Shown here piece after piece: positions 19,702 through 29,703 of a DNA stretch of 64,000 bases. Origin of the DNA: Dehalococcoidia bacterium. Its GTDB lineage: Bacteria; Chloroflexota; Dehalococcoidia; SM23-28-2; RBG-16-64-32. The translations under genes were made by a program, and so were the position numbers. How positions within the stretch are numbered: the first letter of the stretch is position 1; the number at the start of each line of letters is the position of its first letter. Where the stretch lies: the NCBI GenBank assembly GCA_963665775.2, contig CAXXTF010000001.1, positions 704,001 through 768,000 of the forward strand. The letters are read 5' to 3'. A model generated the notes under the pieces. That model was not told the DNA's origin. It saw only the letters and a program-made list of their open reading frames with translations, and did not search any database.

Positions 19702-20547
19702 GTGATCGTGCCTAGCTACAGGGTTCTCATAACCGGTTGTGCCACGGGAGTCGGCAGGGCCACGGCGGAGCTCCTGGCCGAGAAGGGCTATGACGTGTTC
19801 GCGACGATGCGCGACACATCAAGAGGCTACGACCTGGTAGAGGGAGCGACGGCGAAGGGCTGGAAGCTTTTAGCCGTTCACCTGGATGTATGCGATGACG
19901 AATCGGTCGCCGCCGCTATGGGCGATGTGGGTCGGGTCGACATACTCGTAAACGTTGCCGGAATTCAGGACATCGGCCCCATGGAAGAGATGAGCGTCGC
20001 CGACCTCAAGCGGCACTTCGAGACGAACACGGTTGGGCCATTCCGCCTTATGAAGGCGGCCCTTCCGGGCATGCGCGAGCGGCGGTTCGGGGTGATAGTA
20101 AATGTCTCCTCCTACCACGGACGTTTTGCCTCCCCCATGAGTGCTGTGTACAGTTCATCTAAGCACGCCCTGGAAGCCATAAGTGAAGCGCTCCGATACG
20201 AGGTTGGCCAATTCGGTATCCGGGTGCACGTGATTGAGCCGGGCTACATCGTCGATACGGCACTGTTCAAGAAGGGGAGCCTTGTTGGGGCGAGGGGTGG
20301 CGACGAAAGCTCCCCTTACGCCGATCTTGACAGGTTGCTTCAAGAGAATAGGGGCAACCTGATTCCGCTGCCCAGGACTACCACACCGCGGCTTGTTGCC
20401 GGCGTGATCCTTCAGGCCATCGAGAGGGGAGATCAGTTTCGCTACCCAGTGGGGCCCGACGCCGAGTCCATCCTTGCTCTCAGGAACAGCACTGACGACG
20501 TAGATTTCGATCTGCTCCGGCGCAAGGAGCTGAATCTAGGTTGGTAG
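19702..20547 (+). CDS. Short-chain dehydrogenase/reductase
   Basis: ITGCATGVG; NVSS; YSSSK; IEPG. Confidence 0.9.
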   Translation: MIVPSYRVLITGCATGVGRATAELLAEKGYDVFATMRDTSRGYDLVEGATAKGWKLLAVHLDVCDDESVAAAMGDVGRVDILVNVAGIQDIGPMEEMSVADLKRHFETNTVGPFRLMKAALPGMRERRFGVIVNVSSYHGRFASPMSAVYSSSKHALEAISEALRYEVGQFGIRVHVIEPGYIVDTALFKKGSLVGARGGDESSPYADLDRLLQENRGNLIPLPRTTTPRLVAGVILQAIERGDQFRYPVGPDAESILALRNSTDDVDFDLLRRKELNLGW

Positions 20548-20720
20548 CAGTGCAAGTTCGGTCCGAGGCCCTCATTTTATCGCGGGGCGCACTATGTGTT
20601 CTCCGTACGGTTTAGGCTGAGCGAAGCGAAGGGAGTTGACCCGACCACAGCGGCTGCGAAGAGTCTGAATCCGACCCTTGTTGGGACCTCCTTGTGGTCC
20701 GCCAGCCGTCCGCCTGGCCC

Positions 20721-21737
20721 CTAAAGCCGCTTGATTCCTTCCACTATCCGGTCGATCTGCTCCTGCTCCTCGAAGCCCCGGATGGCGAGGCCCAGGGTGG
20801 AGACAACGCCGCCGTAACGCTCCTTGATCTTGGGCAGCAGCTCCTCATGGGTGCCGACGATGGCAAACTCCTCGAGCATTTCATCGCTTATTTCGTTCGA
20901 CATCTCCTGCCACTTCCCCTCCAAAGAGAGGCGGTGAAGGCGCAGGCCTACCTCACCCCAGCCGTGTAGCTCCAGGACTGGGTGGTAGGTGCGGGTGGAA
21001 CCGTAGAAGGCGATCCGCTGCTTCACCGGGCCTTTGGCCCTCTCGACCTCCCCCTGGTCCCTACCGGTTACTACAGTGCAAGCGCCGACGATATCGATAT
21101 CAGAGAGCTTTCGTCCCGCCCTCTTGGCCCCGGCCTCAACGCTGGGCAGGATTATCTCTCTCGTATACCTGGGAGTGTTGAAGGAATGCAACCGGACGCC
21201 TTCACAGAGCTCGCCGCCCAGGCGGCAGTTGTACGGGTTGACGGCAGCGACGTAGATCGGGAGGTGACCATCTGCGTTGGGGCCCGGGTTGAAGACCGGG
21301 GAGATGAGGGTGAACTGGTAATGCTGACCCTTGAAGTCCGCTGGGGCACCGGTCTGAAAGGTATCGAAGATGGCTCTGAGGCAGAGGATGTACTCCCGAA
21401 GGCGGGGGCCCGGTGGTGATGTCCAGGGAGTAGAGTAGCGGCGCTCATTATGGCCCTTGACCTGAGTGCCGAGCCCGAGATGGAAGCGGCCGCCGGAGTA
21501 GCGCTGAAGCTCCCAGGCGATCTGGGCGGTGACGAAAGGGCTGCGGGGGAAGGCGATGGCTACGCCGCTGCCGAACTTGATTCGCCCGGTGTGCTCGGCG
21601 ATGATCATAAGAGGCAGGAAGGGATCGTTGCCTGTTTCGCCGATGGTGATAGAGTCGTAGCCGATCTCCTCCAGACGTTTCGCCTGGCTAGCGAGCGAGT
21701 CGATACCGGCAGCGGCGAGGGAGGTCTCGATGCGCAT
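20721..21737 (-). CDS. LLM-class F420-dependent oxidoreductase (TIGR03617-like)
   Basis: DPFLPL; AIAFPRSP; LGLGTQVKGHNERRY; IAFYGSTRTY. Confidence 0.9.
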   Translation of the reverse strand: MRIETSLAAAGIDSLASQAKRLEEIGYDSITIGETGNDPFLPLMIIAEHTGRIKFGSGVAIAFPRSPFVTAQIAWELQRYSGGRFHLGLGTQVKGHNERRYSTPWTSPPGPRLREYILCLRAIFDTFQTGAPADFKGQHYQFTLISPVFNPGPNADGHLPIYVAAVNPYNCRLGGELCEGVRLHSFNTPRYTREIILPSVEAGAKRAGRKLSDIDIVGACTVVTGRDQGEVERAKGPVKQRIAFYGSTRTYHPVLELHGWGEVGLRLHRLSLEGKWQEMSNEISDEMLEEFAIVGTHEELLPKIKERYGGVVSTLGLAIRGFEEQEQIDRIVEGIKRL

Positions 21738-21960
21738 CCTGTCACTCCTTTCGACTGGCGCCGTGCTGGCGCGGGTCGGCTCTTCACGCGCAGGTAGACT
21801 TTATCCGCTAAGATCGTGCCAGTAAATAGCCACCTCTAACGATCAAACACTATTTGTTGGATAGTTTGGGGCCCGCGATGTCTCTAGGCCAGATCAGCAG
21901 AGATTAGGAAGATGCGAGCGATTTCTCTGGGTCAGTTGGATCTGAATGGTCGATGGGGGC

Positions 21961-23205
21961 CTACAGTCCCCCGGGGTCGGCCTCACGAAGGGGATCGGTG
22001 AAATCCAGCCCCGCGTCCTCCAGTGGTCCCAGAATGTCCTCGCCCTGTGGCTTGACGCCGTTCTCGACCCAGTTCGCGAGGGCCTCGGTAGCGGCGATCA
22101 TCTCCTGGTCGCTGAAGTCGCAGTGGCCGGGCGCCCGGACGGCCCGCTGCACAAGCAGGTCGTCGTTGCCGGCTAGGCGAACGACCTCCGCGTTCAGCTC
22201 CTCGCTTGTCAAGCCGCTGGCCGGGTCGACAGGGTAGACGAAGTCGGTGTTGTCGAAGGCGTCGAGTAGGAGCGGGGCCAGGGCGCCGGCCAGGAAGAAG
22301 TTGGGGAGGTAGAACTCCTCGAAGCCCTCATAACGGAAGGGTCTGGGGCCGCCGGTCAGGGTGGCGACCAGCCCCTCGAAGAGGTCGCGGGCCTCGGCAT
22401 CGGTGGCCAGAGCGGGCACGACACGCACAAGTTGCGCTAAGGCTCCCGTCGAGTCGAACTCCTCCTGGTTAATGCCAGCGGCGTAGGCGGCAAGCGCTAC
22501 GTAATGCCCGATGAAGTCCAACTCGCCCAGCCCAGTCGCGGCGCAAGCGGCCAGGGCGCCGTCATAGCGGTTGGGGAAGAGCTCCAGAGAGAGGAGCGTT
22601 ACGTTACCGCCCATGGAACCGCCGCCGATGTAGGTGTAATCCGGCTGGTCAAACTCGTCCAGGAAGAAGTCGTGCAGGGCCGCCGTCTCGTGAGCCCCCT
22701 GGAAGGGGACGAAGCTGTTGCTGCTGAAAGAGGAAGCGGCCCAGGCGTACCCGTTCTCGATCAGGTACTCGCGGATGGGAGGCTCATCGACGACTAGCTC
22801 GGCTTCCAGGCTGCGAAAGCCGTGGGCCCACAGCAGTAGCCGTCCGTTCCAGTCATCGGGCATCTCGATGCGGTATACCGTCCCGCCCAGCTCTCCGAAG
22901 AAGGCCTGCGCGCCGGGCAGCGCCTGGAAGGAGGGATCGGAGAGGTGGAAACCCTCGGCCGGCTGATCGGGCAGAATGGGCTCCGCCTCGGTCTGCCCGG
23001 GGTTGGAAGCTGGTGTTGGGGTAAGGCTCAGCGTCGGCGTCGCCGTCGCCGGAAGGGACGTCTCTACGGGTGTGGCGGTGGCCTGCGGGCTGGGCGAAGC
23101 CGTCGCGGGCGGGTCGCCATCGCCGCCACAGGCCGCGACGAACGCGAGCAGGAGAGCGATGGGCAGTAGGGCGATGGGCAGCAGGATAGGGGGCCGCAAC
23201 TTCAT
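21961..23205 (-). CDS. Lipoprotein alpha/beta hydrolase (tannase/amidase-like), possibly internally deleted
   Basis: Lipobox VAAC; Thr/Pro-rich linker; WAHG; GGSMGG; GHCDF. Confidence 0.75.
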   Translation of the reverse strand: MKLRPPILLPIALLPIALLLAFVAACGGDGDPPATASPSPQATATPVETSLPATATPTLSLTPTPASNPGQTEAEPILPDQPAEGFHLSDPSFQALPGAQAFFGELGGTVYRIEMPDDWNGRLLLWAHGFRSLEAELVVDEPPIREYLIENGYAWAASSFSSNSFVPFQGAHETAALHDFFLDEFDQPDYTYIGGGSMGGNVTLLSLELFPNRYDGALAACAATGLGELDFIGHYVALAAYAAGINQEEFDSTGALAQLVRVVPALATDAEARDLFEGLVATLTGGPRPFRYEGFEEFYLPNFFLAGALAPLLLDAFDNTDFVYPVDPASGLTSEELNAEVVRLAGNDDLLVQRAVRAPGHCDFSDQEMIAATEALANWVENGVKPQGEDILGPLEDAGLDFTDPLREADPGGL

Positions 23206-23444
23206 GAGGATCGTCCCCTGGCAAGCCCGTGCATCCCAGCCCTGAACTGCAAGCTGCCGGGCCCGATGTCTAAGGCTATCATCGCACTGATTCGTAGAGC
23301 ATGTCGTACTTGGCGCCGATCCGTAACCGCCGCCTTGCGGTACACTCTATCGTAGGCCATGGTAGTGGCCCCGGTAAACGGAATCAACAGCGCCATGCGA
23401 CGTTTGGGCCGTGTCTCAGCGGACGCTGAGGCCGGCTCAACTGG

Positions 23445-24383
23445 ATGAGGATCGTTTTGGATCAGGTCGTTGAAGTCGAAAGGCTAGTGAAGGAGTATGG
23501 TCAGCTCAGGGCGGTGAACCTGGTCAGCTTCAGCGTGCCGAGGGGCGAGATTTTTGGGATTCTAGGCCCCAACGGCGCTGGCAAGACGACGACGCTTGAG
23601 ATCATCGAGGGACTCCAGAAGCCAACTGCCGGCTCCACCCGTGTTCTGGGCATGGATAGCCGGCGCGAGGCTAGCAAGGTAAAGGAGATCATCGGTGTTC
23701 AGCTTCAGGCCTCGGCCTATTTCGACTATCTGACCCTGAGGGAGATACTGGCGCTGTTCGGTAGCTTCTACCGTCGCTGCCTGCCGCCGGACGGGCTCCT
23801 GGCTCGCGTCGGGCTAGAGGAGAAAGCCGATTCGCTGGTGAAGCACCTATCGGGCGGGCAGCAGCAGCGCTTCTCGATTATCGCCAGCATGGTCAACGAT
23901 CCTGAGGTCTTCTTTCTGGATGAGCCGACGACAGGACTGGACCCGCAGGCCCGCCACTCGCTCTGGGAGCTCGTTCAAGCCATTCGCCGGGACGGTAAGA
24001 CCATAATCCTGACGACCCACTACATGGAGGAGGCGGAGACCCTTTGCGATCGGGTGGCGATCATGGATGGCGGTCGCATCGTGGCCCTGGAGACGCCAGT
24101 GAAGCTAATCGAGGGGCTGGAGGCCCCCTTCCACATCCGCCTCCGCCTGTCGTCGCCCGTGGCGCCTGCCGCGCTGGCAGGGGACGGCGTGACGCGAGTG
24201 ACCGTGGACGACCACGACGGCGACCGGGAGTACCTTCTACAGGTCTCGAGCGTCGGCGACTGTCTCCCGGCCCTTCTGGACCGTCTGACGGGCCTCAAGG
24301 CCCAAGTCCTGGATCTCGGTGTGGAGAAGGCGACTCTGGAGGACGTCTTTCTGGCCCATACCGGTAAGGCGTTGCGCGACTGA
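23445..24383 (+). CDS. ABC-2 type transporter ATP-binding protein
   Basis: GPNGAGKTT; LSGGQ; FLDEPT; TTH. Confidence 0.95.
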   Translation: MRIVLDQVVEVERLVKEYGQLRAVNLVSFSVPRGEIFGILGPNGAGKTTTLEIIEGLQKPTAGSTRVLGMDSRREASKVKEIIGVQLQASAYFDYLTLREILALFGSFYRRCLPPDGLLARVGLEEKADSLVKHLSGGQQQRFSIIASMVNDPEVFFLDEPTTGLDPQARHSLWELVQAIRRDGKTIILTTHYMEEAETLCDRVAIMDGGRIVALETPVKLIEGLEAPFHIRLRLSSPVAPAALAGDGVTRVTVDDHDGDREYLLQVSSVGDCLPALLDRLTGLKAQVLDLGVEKATLEDVFLAHTGKALRD

Positions 24384-25444
24384 TGGGACGCCTGCTCCTG
24401 GCCAACCTCAAGATCACCTTTCGCAATCGGATTAGCCTCTTCTGGGCCCTGGCCTTCCCCCTCATCTTCATCGGCGTATTCGCCCTGTTTAACCTGGACG
24501 AGCCCTCGGAGGTGGAGATCGCCCTGGTCGATGAAGCGCCCCGCCCGCTGACCGAAGCCCTTGTCGATAATCTGGAAACCATAGAGCTCTTCGTAGTCGA
24601 GCCTGTGGCGGAGCTGGAGACCGCCCGCCGCGACCTTAAGGACGGCGATTACCATATGGTCCTGCTGCTTCCGCGGGGGCTTGGTGATGACCCTCAGGCC
24701 GTCGCTACGGTGCTCTATAGCCAGTCCAATCCCCTGATCAACCAGCTGGCGCTGGCTGCCCTGCGCCAGCTGTTCAACGAGTTCAACCTCCAGGCCTCCG
24801 GCGTGACTCCTGCGGTCAACCTGGCGGTAGAGTCCATCACCACGCGAGACATCGGCTACATGGACTTTCTTGTGCCCGGCATCCTGGGAATGGGGATGAT
24901 GAACTACGCTATCATCGGCATCGCCACGGTCCTGGTCACGTACCAGGAGAAACGCATCCTGCGTCGTATCCAGGCGACGCCCCTGCCGGTCACCACGTTC
25001 ATTATCGCTCAGGTGGGGGCCTTTCTGGCCCTTTCCGTCCTTCAGACGGCAGTCATCCTGGGTGCCGGCAGCCTGGTGGGAGCCGGCTTCACCACCAATT
25101 TCGTCTGGGCCTTCCCCCTGGCCATGCTGGGGAGCTTCATCTTCCTGAACCTCGGCATCTTGGTGGCCGCCACCAGCAGGTCGGTGAACGCTGCCGCCGG
25201 GATGGGCAACGCCATCGCCCTGCCCATGATGTTCCTGTCCGGGGTTTTCTTCCCCATCGATCAGTTGCCGCCGGCTCTGGAGACAGCGGTCGGGTTTCTG
25301 CCCTTGACACCGCTTCTGGGGGCGCTGCGAACCGTCCTTCTGGACAACGAGTCGATCCTCACCGCCTGGGATGACCTGGCCCTCCTCGGTGTCTGGGCAG
25401 TGGTCATGGTGGCGGCGGCGGCCCGCGTCTTCAGGCTGGAGTAG
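24383..25444 (+). CDS. ABC-2 type transporter permease
   Basis: FWALAFP; DFLVPG; PMMFLSGVFFP; TGATG overlap with the ATPase gene. Confidence 0.92.
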   Translation: MGRLLLANLKITFRNRISLFWALAFPLIFIGVFALFNLDEPSEVEIALVDEAPRPLTEALVDNLETIELFVVEPVAELETARRDLKDGDYHMVLLLPRGLGDDPQAVATVLYSQSNPLINQLALAALRQLFNEFNLQASGVTPAVNLAVESITTRDIGYMDFLVPGILGMGMMNYAIIGIATVLVTYQEKRILRRIQATPLPVTTFIIAQVGAFLALSVLQTAVILGAGSLVGAGFTTNFVWAFPLAMLGSFIFLNLGILVAATSRSVNAAAGMGNAIALPMMFLSGVFFPIDQLPPALETAVGFLPLTPLLGALRTVLLDNESILTAWDDLALLGVWAVVMVAAAARVFRLE

Positions 25445-25537
25445 GGAGGTAGTGGCCCCGGCCACAGGTCATGGCCCGGGCGCCCGCCCCTGGCGCCAGG
25501 CGATGAGGGCACCTGACCAGATGCCGGCCAGCGCTGC

Positions 25538-25576
25538 ACTAACATAGCGTGTGGTAGCGTTTATGGAGGCAGGTCA
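25538..25576 (+). mobile_element. IS3-family (IS407-group-like) right-end remnant, copy 2
   Basis: Ends GGCAGGTCA; contains CTA ACA TAG (L-T-stop); 36/39 identical to 4139-4177. Confidence 0.6.
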
Positions 25577-25597
25577 TTCTCGTGAGGGAAATACCCG

Positions 25598-26329
25598 ATG
25601 CTTGACAAGGAGCAACCGCGGCGGCAGGGACACATCTCAGGCAGTGAGGTCGTGGGGTTTGCCAGCAGCAGAGTGCCCCAGCGGAGCATTCATGAGGGCC
25701 ACTTTGTTCGCCTGGAGCCGCTAGAACCCTATCGTCATGTCGATGAGCTGTGGATCGCAGCCTGGGACCCGGCCGCCGAATCCTCCTTCACCTAGCTGCC
25801 TTACGGGCCATGGGCGAACCGCGGCGATTACCTAGAATGGTTGGAGATGATGGCAGCGCAGGAGGACCCGCTCTTCTTCGCCATTCGCGAGTTGGCGTCG
25901 CGTCGCGCCCTTGGGTTGGCTAGCTATCTCAACATCGAGCCTACGCACGGGTCAGTCGAGATTGGTCACGTCTGGTTCGCGCCCCCGCTCCAGCGCACCT
26001 CGGCCGCCACAGAGGCCATATTCCTGCTGTTAAGGCACGCGTTCGACGACTTGACCTGTCGCCGAATGGAGTGGAAATGCAATGCGCTCAACGTCGCCTC
26101 ACGACGCGCTGCACTGCGCTTTGGCTTCACCTTTGAGGGAATTTTCTACCAGCATCGGGTATACAAAGGACGCAATAGGGATACCGCCTGGTACTCCATG
26201 ATGGACCACGAGTGGCCCGCAATCCGTTCCGCCTTCGAGGCATGGCTCGCTCCCAGTAACGTTGACGAGGACGGCAAGCAGCGCCTCTCATTGAGCGAAT
26301 TGACCAGGGGGCCAGACTTACAGTCTTAG
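25598..26329 (+). pseudogene. RimJ/RimL-type GNAT acetyltransferase interrupted by an in-frame TAG (25793-25795)
   Basis: The two track ORFs are in one frame: GHFVRLEPL...SFT-TAG-LPYGP...EIGHVW...RRMEWKC...KGRNRDTAWYS. Confidence 0.8.
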
Positions 26330-26584
26330 GCACCCTGGGGCTTCGCTCCGGATGACCCCTTGAGCCAGATTGCCTGCGGGTGGCAGAGATTGGCGTAGCC
26401 CCACTGCGACTCGCAGAGGAGGGTCAACCGGTAGGCCTGGTTCCCATCAGCCACGACCTGTCACGAGCGGTCGTTAGCTGGCTCGTAAGATTCGTAATGG
26501 AATAGCAACCGTCAGGCCGCTATCATGTAAGGAGAGGTCCGGCCCCTCCCTGGGGTGAACTTGCCGTAAATGACATCGCTATCC

Positions 26585-27271
26585 ATGAGTGCAGAACGAA
26601 TTCTGGTCGTAGAGGATGAGCCCATGGTGGCTGAGGTGGTCGAGCGCTACCTTCGCCGTGACGGCCATGGCGTGCTGGTAGCCAGCGATGGCAATGCGGC
26701 GATGGAGGCGTTGGAGCGGTTTCAGCCGGACCTCATCGTACTCGACGTGATGTTACCGGGGATCGACGGTATGGAGGTGTGTCGACGCGTGCGGGCCCGC
26801 TCGCAGGTCCCGATCATCATGCTGACGGCACGTGGGGAGGAGACGGACAAGGTCGTTGGCCTCGCTATCGGCGCGGACGACTACGTAACGAAGCCGTTCA
26901 GCCCTCGCGAGCTGGCGGCTCGGGTCGGGGCTGTGCTCCGCCGCTCCAGCCAGCGGACGCTGGCCGGGGAGGATTCCCTACGTTTCGACGATCTGCGTAT
27001 CAACAGGCGCACGCGAACTGCGGAGGACCATCGCGGCCCCGTCAAGCTCACCGCCCGCGAGTTCGACCTGCTCTTCCATCTGGCCAGCCACGCTGGCCAG
27101 GTGTTTAGCCGGGATGAGCTGATGGACGCGGTTTGGGACTACGAGTTCCCGGGGGATGCCAACACCGTGACGGTCCACATGCGCCGGCTTCGCGCCAAGG
27201 TTGAGGTCGATCCCTCGCGGCCGCGGCATCTGAAGACCGTTTGGGGAGTGGGATACAAGTTTGAGCCGTAA
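26585..27271 (+). CDS. OmpR-family response regulator
   Basis: ILVVEDE; LDVMLPG; GADDYVTKPFSPREL; TVWGVGY. Confidence 0.95.
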   Translation: MSAERILVVEDEPMVAEVVERYLRRDGHGVLVASDGNAAMEALERFQPDLIVLDVMLPGIDGMEVCRRVRARSQVPIIMLTARGEETDKVVGLAIGADDYVTKPFSPRELAARVGAVLRRSSQRTLAGEDSLRFDDLRINRRTRTAEDHRGPVKLTAREFDLLFHLASHAGQVFSRDELMDAVWDYEFPGDANTVTVHMRRLRAKVEVDPSRPRHLKTVWGVGYKFEP

Positions 27272-27287
27272 TCTGGATACGGTCGGC

Positions 27288-28544
27288 ATGCCTAGACGGC
27301 TTGTTCAGCCACGGCTGGGCGCTGCCCTGGCTCTGACCCTGGCCCTTGGTGCCGGTCTTCTGCTGGCGGAACTCTTGATGGCCCCGTCGGCGGGGGACCT
27401 GCGCGACCTGGGCGTCTATCTCGCGCTCTCCGGAGCGATCACACTGGGCGTTGGCTGGCTGGCCCTTCGCGCCGCCGACAGCGCCGTTGGGCTGTCGATA
27501 CAGACCAAGGCTTTTCTGAGCGCCGCCATAGGCAGCGGTGTGGCCTTGCTCAACGTTCTCATCGTGGCCCAGCTCATGTTCGTGTCGGTTTCGCACGATT
27601 TGAAGCTGCTGGTGGCGCTCCTCGTGTTCAGTGCAGTCGTGACGATCTTCTTTAGCCTCTGGGTAGCATCGACGATAGTGGGCCGCGTCGCTACCGTGGC
27701 GGCCGGCATCCGCTCTCTGGCGACGGGTGATTACGGCGTCAGCGTGCCTGTGGTCGGCCGGGATGAGGTCGCCCGGCTGGCGGGTGACGTAAACGTCCTG
27801 GCTCAGCGCCTGCGCGCCGGAAAAGAGGAGCGCGAGGCGTTTGAGCGGGAGCGACGGGAGTTGACGGCGGCGGTGTCCCACGACCTGCGCACGCCGCTGG
27901 CCAGCGTGCGGGCGATGGTGGAGGCGCTGGACGACCATGTGGTGGAGGACCCGGTGGAGATTGAGCGCTATTACGACACGATCCGCCGGGAGATCGAACG
28001 TCTGAGCCGGATGATCGACGACCTATTCGATCTGGCGCAGATGGACTCCGGTGCCCTGCGCCTCCACAGGCAAACCCTCGCCCTGCAAGACATAGCGGCG
28101 GAGGTTGTCGACGCTATGCAAGCGCAGGCCCGCCGGCGCGGCGTGGGCCTGGATTTCCGCGTTCGGGGGAGTCCCCCCGGCATCTCTGTAGATGGCGCGC
28201 TCGTTGAGCGGGCGGTCGCCAACCTGGTCCGCAACGCGCTGGCGCATACGCCGGCTGGAGGCCGGGTGGAGGTCAGCGTCGAGTCCGAGGACGGCTGGAT
28301 CAAGGTAGGTGTCAGTGACAGCGGCGACGGCATCGACGAAGCCGACCTGCCGCACATCTGGGATCGCTTCTACCGCGCTGAAAAGTCCAGGAAGCGCGGT
28401 CCAGAGGCGGCCGACGGGGCCGGGCTTGGGCTGGCGATCGTCCGCGGCATCGTCGAGGCGCACAGCGGCCTGGTGGACGTGTGTTCGTCGCCTGATCGGG
28501 GCGCCGTGTTCACTGTGCAGCTTCCTGGCCCTCATCGCCTGTAG
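27288..28544 (+). CDS. HAMP-domain sensor histidine kinase
   Basis: TM helices; HAMP domain; SHDLRTPL; NLVRNA; DSGDG; GLGLAI. Start uncertain (27261 or 27288). Confidence 0.93.
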   Translation: MPRRLVQPRLGAALALTLALGAGLLLAELLMAPSAGDLRDLGVYLALSGAITLGVGWLALRAADSAVGLSIQTKAFLSAAIGSGVALLNVLIVAQLMFVSVSHDLKLLVALLVFSAVVTIFFSLWVASTIVGRVATVAAGIRSLATGDYGVSVPVVGRDEVARLAGDVNVLAQRLRAGKEEREAFERERRELTAAVSHDLRTPLASVRAMVEALDDHVVEDPVEIERYYDTIRREIERLSRMIDDLFDLAQMDSGALRLHRQTLALQDIAAEVVDAMQAQARRRGVGLDFRVRGSPPGISVDGALVERAVANLVRNALAHTPAGGRVEVSVESEDGWIKVGVSDSGDGIDEADLPHIWDRFYRAEKSRKRGPEAADGAGLGLAIVRGIVEAHSGLVDVCSSPDRGAVFTVQLPGPHRL

Positions 28545-28625
28545 TGCCCCGTTGAGGGCGAGCCGACCGGCCTTTTCGTTTGCCAACCCCGCCATTTGGC
28601 GTTTCGTAGCTGAACCGCTATCGCT

Positions 28626-28642
28626 GTAAGGGTTTCGTAAGG
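28626..28642 (+). promoter_or_regulatory. Candidate OmpR-type binding site (GTAAGG direct repeat, 11-bp period)
   Basis: GTAAGG at 28626 and 28637. Related TCGTAA repeats at 26483-26497 upstream of the regulator. Confidence 0.45.
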
Positions 28643-28738
28643 TTCTCTCGCTAGACTGACCCCTAGAGCCTTTGAGGCAGAGAAGATAGCGCCGGCCCTG
28701 GCTACCAGACCAGAGCCGGCTAATAGAAGGAGCGTGGC

Positions 28739-29593
28739 ATGCGGAGCATGAGCCTGACGACGGCTGGCCTGGCCCTAGTTGCCGTGATCGGCGTGGTTGC
28801 GGTGGGGTTGGCGCTGGCCGTGTCCCCGGCGCGGGGCCAGGACGAGATCACCTACAACGTGACTATAGAGAATCTCACAGGCGGGCAGCCCTTCACGCCG
28901 CCAGTAGTCGTGGCGCACTCCGACCAGATAGACCTCTTCGAGCTGGGCCAGGCGGCGTCCGCCGAGGTGCAAGCGATAGCCGAAAACGGCAACAACGATC
29001 CCCTTGTGGCCCTGCTCGGCGGCTCCGCTGCGGTTATCAACATGGCGACCGGCACGGGACCCGTCATGCCCGGCGAGTCGGCGACCATAACCGTCGAGGC
29101 TCCGGAGGGAAGTCTGCTATCCGTGGCCGCGATGCTCATCTGCACGAACGACGGCTTTACCGGCGTGGACTCCTGGCCGCTGCCTGACAGCGGGTCCGCC
29201 AGCGTCGACGCTAACGCCTACGACGCGGGCACCGAAATGAACACCGAGGATTTCGCCGATATCGTGCCCCCCTGCCAGGGGCTGATCGGCGTCTCATCCG
29301 ATGACGATGGCACGGGCATGACGAATCCGGCGCTGGCCGAGGGCGGGGTCATCGCGGCCCACCCCGGAATCCAGGGCGGCACCGACCTGACCGTGGCCGA
29401 TCACGGCTGGACCGATCCGGTCGCCAGGATCACGGTGACCGTGATGCCCGACGAGCTTCCGGGCACAGGCGGCCCTCCCTCCGCTGAGGGCTCCAGCAGC
29501 CATCTGTGGGCGGTCTGGATCGGCATCGGCGCGATCGTGCTTCTGGCTGGCGGCGGCAGTCTGGCCGTAGCAAGGAGGCGCGTTAACCGGTAG
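28739..29593 (+). CDS. Spondin_N domain secreted protein with LPxTG-like anchor
   Basis: Signal peptide; NLTGGQPFTPPV; IAENG; MLICTNDGF; YDAGTE; LPGTGG followed by a TM helix and RRRVNR. Confidence 0.85.
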   Translation: MRSMSLTTAGLALVAVIGVVAVGLALAVSPARGQDEITYNVTIENLTGGQPFTPPVVVAHSDQIDLFELGQAASAEVQAIAENGNNDPLVALLGGSAAVINMATGTGPVMPGESATITVEAPEGSLLSVAAMLICTNDGFTGVDSWPLPDSGSASVDANAYDAGTEMNTEDFADIVPPCQGLIGVSSDDDGTGMTNPALAEGGVIAAHPGIQGGTDLTVADHGWTDPVARITVTVMPDELPGTGGPPSAEGSSSHLWAVWIGIGAIVLLAGGGSLAVARRRVNR

Positions 29594-29620
29594 GATTGGG
29601 TCCTAGCGGGCCTAGCGGGC

Positions 29621-29649
29621 AAGGGCGGCCCCTTTAGGGGGCCGTTCTT
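29621..29649 (+). terminator. Likely intrinsic terminator hairpin
   Basis: AAGGGCGGCCCC-TTTAG-GGGGCCGTTCTT just after the spondin gene. Confidence 0.6.
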
Positions 29650-29703
29650 GCTTCTCTGGATGAGCGGAGATGACACCCGCCTGGTGCTATACTTGGGCTG
29701 GAG

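Noticed and set aside
20616-20634. REP-like fragments (CTGAGCGAAGCGAAGG here; CTTCGCTCCGGATGAC at 26341)
   Set aside because: Too short and lacking partner arms to call as elements.
24020-25465. Long antisense ORFs (also 33875-35326, 48855-50045 and others)
   Set aside because: Shadow frames of well-supported genes, expected in high-GC DNA; no motifs.
29602-29619. CCTAGCGGG tandem duplication
   Set aside because: Short, GC-rich and next to a terminator; no evidence for a target-site duplication.
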